This document shows, one piece after another, positions 18,001 through 24,964 of a stretch of 24,964 bases of DNA. The position numbers and the translations under genes are program-made. Numbering within the stretch: the first letter of the stretch is position 1; every line of letters starts with the position of its first letter. The notes under the pieces were generated by a model, which was not told where the DNA came from, searched no databases, and worked only from the letters and a program-made list of their open reading frames with translations. Source of the stretch: a virus (taxonomy: Duplodnaviria > Caudoviricetes); the IMG/VR virus record IMGVR_UViG_3300017700_000557, positions 1 to 24,964 of that record, one strand, 5' to 3'.

Positions 18001-20201
18001 GGTTGTGTTGTTGTATAATTGGTTAAGAACAATTCTCCGTCAGTTGCGGATTCATTTAATAAGTCTACACTCCATTCTCCTGTAAAACCAGAATTAATAG
18101 GTAATACATCTACAACATCATTTTTGAAGATATAATTGTACTCATATGTCGTACCCTTATCCTTTATTATTGGTAAGCTTTCATTATTTATATTCCCATC
18201 AGCTTTTAAATAATCATCGGTTACTAACTGTGTTAAAGATTGCAATATTAAACTATCTTTTATGTCTACTAATAAAGCGTCAGCTTCAAAATTAGCCATA
18301 GACTTAATTTCATCTGGTGTAAGGGTTTTATTTGTTTGACCTAAAAATGTAATAGCTCTTAACATTGTTAATGTTAGTATTTCATTTCTATTACTACCAG
18401 ATATTCTTTTATATGGAAATAAATTAGTGAATAATCTTGTATCCAAAGGATTTATTGGCATCCAATTTTGAGTTAATTCTTGAATCAATAATTCAGCGTT
18501 TTCTGCTTCAACTCCTTGAGTTAAGAATGCTTTTAATAAATCATCAATAAATCTTAATTCAGCAACATTTGTTGGGTTAATGCTTGGTGCTTTACCTAAA
18601 TATGTTTCAACCAATGAATCATCTTTTTCTTCTCTATAATCTGGCCATGGATAAAATTTTGGTGGTAATGTGTTGTTACCAATAGTAATGTTTGAATCAC
18701 TACTCTTAATATCATAAGTGTCCACATTTTTAAAAATACGTTTTAACTCATCATTACGTTTGTTATCGCTACTATCAGCTTCTTGTGAAACCTTGAATAA
18801 TACGAACATGAAAACTTCTACAGCTGTTGTAAATACATTAATTATATTCCTAATTGTTGGGTCAAACCCAAGACTTTCTTTCAGGTTTTCTCTAAGTGTT
18901 TGTGATAAATCCTTTTTTAATTTTTCACTCTGAACCTTAATATCGGTTTTCTTTTTTTCAATTAAATCATACTTTGATTTATTGTCATAAACATCAAATT
19001 TTTGTTTCTTACTAAGTGTATAATTATTAGCCTCTAAATAATCTAATATTCTTTTACGTAATGTTTCAACATCACTATCTGATGAATTACCGCTTTTTAG
19101 TTTTGTGTATAAAACATCGTCAAAATTCTCTAATTCTGATATCGTTAAACCTTTATAATAATTTATGTTGGTTAGACCAGTAAACACAGTGCCATCTAGC
19201 TTAAAATTAGATTCAACGTTACTATTATATAGTGAAATCGAATCGTTCATCTTAGTTTGGTAATTAGTAATATTGTTTGAAATATTAAGATTATTAGCTG
19301 TATCAACAATAAACATGTTATAAGTTTCTAACCCTTTATTAATATCAATATCTTGACCTAAAAATAGTATAATATTTTGGATATTGGTTAAATTATTTAT
19401 TGATTCATCACCCTTACTCAATTGTATTGAATTTGGGTCAGTTGCCAACAATTTAGGTACGTTGGTATTAATCTCAGAAATTGATTTGTATAATTGATTT
19501 AGTGTTATAACACCAGCAAAGTCTTTTTCATATTTATCTTTACCTAATTTAGTGTATTCAATCGCTTTTAAATAACCCAATAACATATCTGATAACATAG
19601 CGTAGTTATACCCAACAAAACTAGCTATGATTTCAAAATTACCTGTTTGTGAATTGAACTTTGAGGTAAATTTAGTCATGTGTAAACAATATTTCACTGG
19701 TTGACCGTAATACCCTTTAACTGTTAATTCATATAATGGATAAGGTAGTTGAAAAAACACAGAATATTTATTTTTATCATTGGCTGTGTTTTCTTCATTT
19801 TGGAAAATAGCACTTCCTCTAACATCTATGAAACTAATTGTTATCATTGGTGCATAAGAAGAATTAAAATCAATATCAATTCCTGTGATACCTAAAGCTT
19901 CATTGTTGTTATCATCAAAATTTGTTGTTAAATCAGTATATTTAGTTGTTAAAACTTTTTTACCACCAACAATAGAACCTTCAATAAAATTAACTCTAAC
20001 CTCACCAGAACTATCACCTGTACTCTTACCTTCTTTATTTGTCGTAAGTAGTGTTCTAGCTTTTTTAATCGTACTTAATTCAACTGAAATATTTAAATCT
20101 TCAATAGGTACTGAAATATTTGAAGCAGAACTTTGTCCATCAAAGGCGTTAGGGTCTATTAATGTTGTTTTATAAGCACTACAACTTGTTTTATTCGCCA
20201 T
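15078..20201 (-). CDS. Expanded baseplate hub-like protein (T4 gp27 / P2 gpD / VgrG-N-like termini, 1707 aa)
   Basis: N-terminal LGITGIDIDFNSSYAPMITISFIDVRG...YELTVKGYYG...FNSQTGNFEIIASFVG and C-terminal YKVEIEMLGNAMIQPMMYFQLNNIPLFHGAYMITRVKHSVKPNHMSTHFTGVR resemble hub folds; position between a gp53/X-like gene and a lysozyme. Confidence 0.65.
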   Translation of the reverse strand: MANKTSCSAYKTTLIDPNAFDGQSSASNISVPIEDLNISVELSTIKKARTLLTTNKEGKSTGDSSGEVRVNFIEGSIVGGKKVLTTKYTDLTTNFDDNNNEALGITGIDIDFNSSYAPMITISFIDVRGSAIFQNEENTANDKNKYSVFFQLPYPLYELTVKGYYGQPVKYCLHMTKFTSKFNSQTGNFEIIASFVGYNYAMLSDMLLGYLKAIEYTKLGKDKYEKDFAGVITLNQLYKSISEINTNVPKLLATDPNSIQLSKGDESINNLTNIQNIILFLGQDIDINKGLETYNMFIVDTANNLNISNNITNYQTKMNDSISLYNSNVESNFKLDGTVFTGLTNINYYKGLTISELENFDDVLYTKLKSGNSSDSDVETLRKRILDYLEANNYTLSKKQKFDVYDNKSKYDLIEKKKTDIKVQSEKLKKDLSQTLRENLKESLGFDPTIRNIINVFTTAVEVFMFVLFKVSQEADSSDNKRNDELKRIFKNVDTYDIKSSDSNITIGNNTLPPKFYPWPDYREEKDDSLVETYLGKAPSINPTNVAELRFIDDLLKAFLTQGVEAENAELLIQELTQNWMPINPLDTRLFTNLFPYKRISGSNRNEILTLTMLRAITFLGQTNKTLTPDEIKSMANFEADALLVDIKDSLILQSLTQLVTDDYLKADGNINNESLPIIKDKGTTYEYNYIFKNDVVDVLPINSGFTGEWSVDLLNESATDGELFLTNYTTTQPINNVGVSLNKPEDGGVYIKIIDSETYKGVTAYPLNNKPSISDITIDFEKIKVGDVTNFNSEGVGFNPFGGLYGTQEFSSINFGGDLGTQPYMYMFYSDGNFGDFTYNKSNGLGLKRRVSGLDGKTPTTSKFDITGPTTLAAKNIFEYLETVDYTPNKDNSKILHKEFGKNRMLASKYLGANQDITYPYINFNVKYGNAFNGGGSTNNELAAVSLFGSRLYNEQKTNHAKALLFLHSFPWTGLITDREYRMFLFGINNNTIFDKNEIINTFGQRGGMVSTPKIWAAFIGGLLWRADETESIFDEQSGIQIDGGSGMFDPIVFYNSITNESFIPTFNDDTSTTSYPNRKQYLTSSPFGSAQSQVDYDSPNSSMIFRNDTNSFEYKPLDNLLLSLPIQVKKEFKRIFFEFVGSTTNKSDWMNVKTQFELFDNTTNDWKTTWDAFMNDKANLYGDKGVYHLNVDNIKNTYNNIDNYAIITRIYGDTTEKFSVTSDFNYNFLLENKDDTQAVKTLMDLFTKEVFIVNTTYKIWQGNNSTNQNVREPILVKKDDLKLYFDTISSKINNNKDAMSAESKKKQQEQALFGTSDENIIKLMLYRTCKNIYDKWIGGSTDGDNVIFQCGSRNASDLELANKRGFKSPKLIDSFRFVTRSFKDIGDTLAINPIPVADYLRNNPNSSFYDCVTNLLSSNNFDFVPLPSFIDYKNPDLVASVFEPLSHHEAETVTDSLCGPTFVCVYLGQKSKDLDIGDSNYSNDGFDVRCQNGALVGLPKDFNEASQPGEDAVTFFNVAFGQQNQNIFKDITLDQSEFGETAESLQITDDISKKGSETNRTLAGQNIYNVYAVRSYKVEIEMLGNAMIQPMMYFQLNNIPLFHGAYMITRVKHSVKPNHMSTHFTGVRLRKPETQIFTSGDLYMSLLDGIDNSNIKKSSSKATFGDTNSGGNVVPNSKNIDELKNKINVSNFNNYTAVKYTQYGK

Positions 20202-20511
20202 ATAATGTTTTATGATTTGTTATGTCTATTATATATCTTTGGATAGCACTTTCGTATGGAAATGGTACCCTTAATGGTGTCATATCAGGTATATTAAATT
20301 CTAATCCACCCAGATGAGGGTTAGCTAACATAATTAACCAACCACTATATGGGTTATTATAGTACGTATCACTGATAATGTCAAGTCTACTAACACCTTT
20401 CTTATATATAGCAGTTTTATCAGTAGAGGTTGGTGGGATGGTTATGCCTGGCACAGGTTTCATTGAACCATTGGTTCTGAAACTTTTATATCTATCAAAA
20501 TAAGCACTCAT
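20191..20511 (-). CDS. Baseplate wedge gp53 / P2 tail gpX-like LysM-type protein (106 aa)
   Basis: YKKGVSRLDIISDTYYNNPYSGWLIMLANP...IPDMTPLRVP pattern. Confidence 0.8.
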   Translation of the reverse strand: MSAYFDRYKSFRTNGSMKPVPGITIPPTSTDKTAIYKKGVSRLDIISDTYYNNPYSGWLIMLANPHLGGLEFNIPDMTPLRVPFPYESAIQRYIIDITNHKTLYGE

Positions 20512-20540
20512 TGTTTTATTATTTATGTTTTTAGTTATTT

Positions 20541-23500
20541 TTAGAAGGTTACAGGTATTGTAAAGCTTCTTAAATTTACAATATCAATCTTAAGTTGATA
20601 TGTAGCTGGGGTGTTAGCATTAAAAACAAAATCTTTACCTAATGATACCTCTGGAGATAACAATAAATTTTGATTATTTGGTTCAATATTACCACCTGTT
20701 AATGGATTTGGTGTACACGCATTGTCATATAATGTAACCTTAACATCATACGAATTTGTAAAACCAGTTTCAGTTGTTAAAGTTATATTGATTAATCCAT
20801 TAGCTTGTTTAACGTTATTTGTAGTAGTACGTATTATTGATGTGTTTGCAACAACATTAACGTTTAAATTTGAATCATCAATTACTACAGATGGTTCTGA
20901 ACCGCTTTGTTGCGGTGAATTAGCATTAGTAGTTGATTCAGCATCCTTAATTTGGTCAACAGTATTGTTATTAAGATTGATAGTCGTTATATCAGTCCAA
21001 GTAAACGCACTATTATCTACAAGTGATGTCTCACCGTTGATTAATTTCCAAGGTTTAGTATTAGGGTTTGCTTCTGATTTAATTATATAATCTGCTCTTG
21101 GGTCATAAACATGAGAATTAGCATAATAATTAAATGATAACGCATTTTGTAATTTATTGATTGGACCCATAAGTGTTGAACCACCTATAAATTTAAATGA
21201 TAAATTTACATTTGCTATCATAGGTTGAACACCAATACCCTCTGGATTTAAATCCCAAACTAATGGTTCATAATCAATCGTCATATTATCTATGATGATT
21301 TTTGTATTATAAAAATCACCAATTCTAAGTATACATACTGGTGCTCTTCCAAATGCCAAATTATTAGCGTTCTTATTCTCTAAGGTTGGTCCTTGTCTAG
21401 TACACTGTTGTAAAAATGTTAATCTACTGTTTAACCCTTCTGGAGTTGTTGAGTGGAAAGCTGGATGAAAATATTTAATCTTCTCTCTAAACGAATCAAA
21501 TACAAATTTATCTTTATCAGTTAATTGTTCAAAATAAGTTCCTTCATTATAAAGTTTATTTACCAATCTAGAATTTATTTGTTGTCTTTGGTTTTTAGCC
21601 ATTGGTTTAGGTTGAATTAACTCTTTTTGAGCTAACTTAGGGTCATAAACAAATGATACTTCAGTACGTCTATCTACCTTACAAAAATAGTTATCTGCAT
21701 TAGGTGAATTTGGTTGTGGTTTTGGACACTTGGTCTCACCATATGTTATCGGATGGTTTGGTAAACCTTTTATTCTTTCGTCTTTATATGATTGAGATTT
21801 TCCTGGATAAAGGTTTGCCTTAAAATATTCTATAACTGTTGCAGTTCTCCCATTAGCTAACTTATCATTAGCTTCGACAGTCCCATGTGGACTCGCATAT
21901 GATTTAACATAAACAATACAATGTGGGCATTTTTCATCTAAATAAGTTGCAAGCGATGTAATATAATTTGTATCAGTAAAGCCAGTAAAATATGAATCAC
22001 CAACTCTAAGAATTTTTTTCCAACCATTCAACCCATTATTTGTATTATCAGGCCAAGCACTATTACTTGTAACACCTCCAACATATGGTCCTATACCGAA
22101 ACCAACACCATATGTGTTTCCATTAGGAAACTCAACCGATGGTGTTGTATAATCAATTGTGTCTGGTGAAACCCCATTTTGGGTTCCATTTTCATAACCT
22201 AAAGAAAATATCGGTTCTAGTTTAGATGTATCGTTAGGGAAATAAACAGCAAATGTACTTGATGGTACTGTTTCTTCTGGTGCTGTAGCTGTTTGTGTTT
22301 CAATTACCAATGATTCTTGAATACTACTTTTTTCACTTACGGTTAATTTATTACTAAATTCAGTACTTGGGTCTATACAACCAGCAAAAAATGAAGCTAC
22401 ATAGTTATCATCTGGTCCATTAGGGTTTCTAAATGAATTTATATAACTAGGATGGTCAACAACAATACTAAAAGATAAATTACCGCTTCTTTCAGTGTTA
22501 TTATAAGTATAAATTGACTCACCTCTCCCAATAAAATTATTTGTTTCCCAATTTACACTACTTGTTTCATTAAATTGAATATTATACGGTGGAAACCACA
22601 TTAGTCTACCCTTCTTACCTGTTAATAAATCACCCATACCAACTTCAACAGATGGTAAGTCTGGTATATTATCTGACCACGCTAAGTTTTCAAGTGAAAA
22701 CATATAATGTTTTGGGTCTGCAACAACACCATTTGATGAATCGGTATTTTTATCAGTACGATATGGTACTATCTTAGGAAAACCATATCTTTCAAGTGTT
22801 GAATTCTCTGTTTGAAATCTGTATGGTAATAATTTTGATGTCTCAGTCATACCAGAATTTCTAATTAAATTAGCTACACTGTCATATCTATTTAAAGTTG
22901 TCCAACTTCTACAATACGTATTATCCGCTTCTTCACTTTGTCCGTCAAAAACTCCATTTATAAATCTACTACCACTTATAACCGCACTACCTTTTGAAAT
23001 ACCATTACCATTAGCTGTTACAATTTGGCTAGAATGAGTTGTGTTTTTCATATCACCTTTTTTAGTTACGATATTCAACATACCTTTACTATTGAAAAGT
23101 TTTTGTGTTTTAGCTAATAAAGATTTTTTATCAGTTTGCGGTAATTCATTTGGATTATCAATACTATTAACTAAACCACCTGTTGATGTATTCCAAGAGA
23201 AGCCTATATCACTTATTTTTCTATTATCATAACCACTATTACCACCAAGTGTTGTAAATGTATCTTCTGGGCTTAAAAACCCATATTCTTTAACCATTGC
23301 ACTACGATTGTAACTAATGGTTGGTATTAGTTCAGTTGAACCACTGGCATGTATTAATAAGTTTAAAATAGTACCTTTGGTAGCATCATCGTAAAAAGCA
23401 TATAATGTAGGGTTTACTTGTAATTCACCTTTAGAGTTGGTATATCCTGGGACGTAACCACTTCTAAACGCTGAACTATTAGGATTATCATATTGTCCAG

Positions 23501-24611
23501 TTCCATTAACATTTGAAAATACGTTTGATATCAAAGATTTTAATTGACCTCTACCTGTATTAACTAACATCGCATTAGCTCTTTGAATATTTCCATCTTG
23601 ATTTTCAGATGAAAATATAGAACCAGAATCACCTAAAAAACTTCTTGGAATAGTAAACCCTAATATTCTCTCTGTATAATCAGCTATCTTACCTAACACA
23701 GTTGATGGGACGGTGATTTTATAATCAGGTCTTAATCCTGGCAAAGGTCCACCTTTAACTAAAGATAATATATTATCAGCAGCATTTAATTTACCTAATA
23801 TGATTTGCTCAGCATTGAAGGCTGCATTGTTGGCTAAAGCTAATGCTAGTTGTTGTCCACCAATCATACCTAATTTACTGTCTTTAATCGCACCTGTGGC
23901 ACCCAATACTCTACCAGCTAGTGAACTCCTTATATCGAAGTTTGTAACAACACCACCCTTAGCTAAACCTAGTCCTTGTCCATTTAAAACACTACCAATA
24001 ACATTTAATGCTTGAATACCATTACTACCACCTAAATTAAGACTTCCGTATTCATCTAAATAACCACCTACTTGCTGTGTAAAACCAGCTGGTTGAAGTG
24101 TAATCCAATCAGCAACATCAATTTGTTTAGTTGAGTCTAGATATAAATTATAAAGTGTTGCTTTTTTCCTGAAATTAGCGTAATCTGTTTTACCTAATAA
24201 ACCATAATCAGATATTTCATCTGTTGCTGATGTAGGATATGTATCAATTCCTTGAGGGAAGTTTTTATCACCAAAAATACCTTGAGTTGTAGTGACATCT
24301 TCTATGTTGGTTAAACTTGGTGCTAATGCTGTTTTAAATCTATTGTTTATTACAGCTATTTCATATCTGAAAAGACCTTCAGTTTCTAAAGGTAAACCAA
24401 AAGGTATTCTATTAGAATTTCCATTGATACTAGTATCTAATACAGGTTCTCCAATATGTGGGCTACCATTAATTGTAGTTGATATACTTGGATATATCGG
24501 TAATAAATTCTTGTTTAGTAAAAAATCTCGAATACCATAATTTGTAGTAATACTATTGATAGTATTTTTAGTACTAGGAGTTGGTGAAGAAGTATTATAA
24601 AATAAAGGCAT
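20541..24611 (-). CDS. Tail-tube initiator / baseplate protein (gp48/gp54/CIS-tube-like) with inserted OmpA-like domain (1356 aa)
   Basis: Tube-fold halves WFPPYNIQFNETSSVNWETNNFIGRGESIYTYNNTERSGNLSFSIVVDH and RLTFLQQCTRQG...APVCILRIGDFYNTKIIIDNMTIDYEP...PMIANVNLSFKFIG flank VYFPND...SYASPHGTVEANDKLANGRTATVIEYF...DRRTEV. Confidence 0.7.
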   Translation of the reverse strand: MPLFYNTSSPTPSTKNTINSITTNYGIRDFLLNKNLLPIYPSISTTINGSPHIGEPVLDTSINGNSNRIPFGLPLETEGLFRYEIAVINNRFKTALAPSLTNIEDVTTTQGIFGDKNFPQGIDTYPTSATDEISDYGLLGKTDYANFRKKATLYNLYLDSTKQIDVADWITLQPAGFTQQVGGYLDEYGSLNLGGSNGIQALNVIGSVLNGQGLGLAKGGVVTNFDIRSSLAGRVLGATGAIKDSKLGMIGGQQLALALANNAAFNAEQIILGKLNAADNILSLVKGGPLPGLRPDYKITVPSTVLGKIADYTERILGFTIPRSFLGDSGSIFSSENQDGNIQRANAMLVNTGRGQLKSLISNVFSNVNGTGQYDNPNSSAFRSGYVPGYTNSKGELQVNPTLYAFYDDATKGTILNLLIHASGSTELIPTISYNRSAMVKEYGFLSPEDTFTTLGGNSGYDNRKISDIGFSWNTSTGGLVNSIDNPNELPQTDKKSLLAKTQKLFNSKGMLNIVTKKGDMKNTTHSSQIVTANGNGISKGSAVISGSRFINGVFDGQSEEADNTYCRSWTTLNRYDSVANLIRNSGMTETSKLLPYRFQTENSTLERYGFPKIVPYRTDKNTDSSNGVVADPKHYMFSLENLAWSDNIPDLPSVEVGMGDLLTGKKGRLMWFPPYNIQFNETSSVNWETNNFIGRGESIYTYNNTERSGNLSFSIVVDHPSYINSFRNPNGPDDNYVASFFAGCIDPSTEFSNKLTVSEKSSIQESLVIETQTATAPEETVPSSTFAVYFPNDTSKLEPIFSLGYENGTQNGVSPDTIDYTTPSVEFPNGNTYGVGFGIGPYVGGVTSNSAWPDNTNNGLNGWKKILRVGDSYFTGFTDTNYITSLATYLDEKCPHCIVYVKSYASPHGTVEANDKLANGRTATVIEYFKANLYPGKSQSYKDERIKGLPNHPITYGETKCPKPQPNSPNADNYFCKVDRRTEVSFVYDPKLAQKELIQPKPMAKNQRQQINSRLVNKLYNEGTYFEQLTDKDKFVFDSFREKIKYFHPAFHSTTPEGLNSRLTFLQQCTRQGPTLENKNANNLAFGRAPVCILRIGDFYNTKIIIDNMTIDYEPLVWDLNPEGIGVQPMIANVNLSFKFIGGSTLMGPINKLQNALSFNYYANSHVYDPRADYIIKSEANPNTKPWKLINGETSLVDNSAFTWTDITTINLNNNTVDQIKDAESTTNANSPQQSGSEPSVVIDDSNLNVNVVANTSIIRTTTNNVKQANGLINITLTTETGFTNSYDVKVTLYDNACTPNPLTGGNIEPNNQNLLLSPEVSLGKDFVFNANTPATYQLKIDIVNLRSFTIPVTF

Positions 24612-24627
24612 AGTATTTAGTTTTTAT

Positions 24628-24635
24628 ATAAATAC
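24628..24635 (-). promoter_or_regulatory. Putative phage promoter motif GTATTTAT
   Basis: 16 nt upstream of ATG 24611. Confidence 0.5.
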
Positions 24636-24746
24636 TATTGTAATTGAATTTTTAAGAAAATAAATGATTAAGATTAAATAGATATTAATAAGTGATATAT
24701 TAATATTTAACTATTTATTATTTTATACTATAATTACTTTGTAATA

Positions 24747-24777
24747 CAAATCTACGGTTTTTTTTCCACATTGTCAA
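24747..24777 (-). promoter_or_regulatory. Bacteroidota primary-sigma promoter
   Basis: TTG-N20-TAGATTTG in the intergenic region. Confidence 0.7.
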
Positions 24778-24836
24778 GTCTATGGTAAATAATACCTTTA
24801 ATAAAAAGCCATCTCAATGATAATCAATTAGATTTG

Positions 24837-24964
24837 TTATGCTTTTTGTATTTGATTTCTTTGTCTTTGCATCTCAATGTTAATCATTGAAGTAATACTT
24901 CTAATAAATTCTGGACTCTTAAGCAAATCAACACTAATATTAGTATTTCCTGGACTTGTTAATA
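24837..24964 (-). CDS. C-terminal end of an upstream gene (possibly tape measure protein)
   Basis: Open frame from the window edge ...LTSPGNTNISVDLLKSPEFIRSITSMINIEMQRQRNQIQKA* (TAA 24837-24839); the tape-measure guess rests on gene order only. Confidence 0.6.
   Translation of the reverse strand, partial: LTSPGNTNISVDLLKSPEFIRSITSMINIEMQRQRNQIQKA

Noticed and set aside
220-24540. All plus-strand ORFs in the track (e.g. 4626-5009, 8665-9120, 9773-10096, 20722-21090)
   Set aside because: Short antisense shadows of well-supported minus-strand genes, with no motifs or promoters.
1686-24611. Stop-codon reassignment (no gene ends in TAG)
   Set aside because: Genes are full-length under code 11 with no in-frame TAG/TGA interruptions; TAA bias is expected at this AT content.
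2086-24611. Bacterial eCIS/T6SS/tailocin locus
   Set aside because: Interleaved T4-like replication genes and phage-style density indicate a phage genome.
8097-24634. T4 late promoters TATAAATA on the plus strand (8097-8104, 24627-24634)
   Set aside because: They face away from the adjacent genes with no plus-strand gene to serve; better read as TATTTAT on the coding strand.
1-24964. CRISPR arrays, tRNAs, IS elements
   Set aside because: No repeat-spacer periodicity, cloverleaf-like sequence or transposase seen; intergenic gaps are short.

Overview
AT-rich (roughly 30% GC by eye) segment of a large myovirus-type (contractile-tail, T4-like/jumbo) bacteriophage genome. Every credible gene is on the minus strand. 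In transcription order (right to left): the 3' end of an upstream gene; a 1356-aa tail-tube-initiator-like protein with an embedded OmpA-like domain; a gp53/gpX/LysM-like protein; a 1707-aa expanded baseplate-hub-like protein; a GH19 lysozyme-like enzyme; four hypothetical proteins; a replication/recombination block (gp32-type SSB, RecA/UvsX, 5'-3' exonuclease, hypothetical, DnaB/gp41 helicase, class II ribonucleotide reductase); gp25-like and gp6-like baseplate wedge proteins; a small membrane protein; and a >558-aa membrane-segment-bearing protein that runs off the left end and is missing from the ORF track. Four TTG-N19/20-TAnnTTTG promoters and the lack of Shine-Dalgarno sites point to a Bacteroidota host. 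A second upstream motif (RTATTTAW) often follows terminators and may be a phage-specific promoter. All protein calls come from motif recognition by eye, not database searches.
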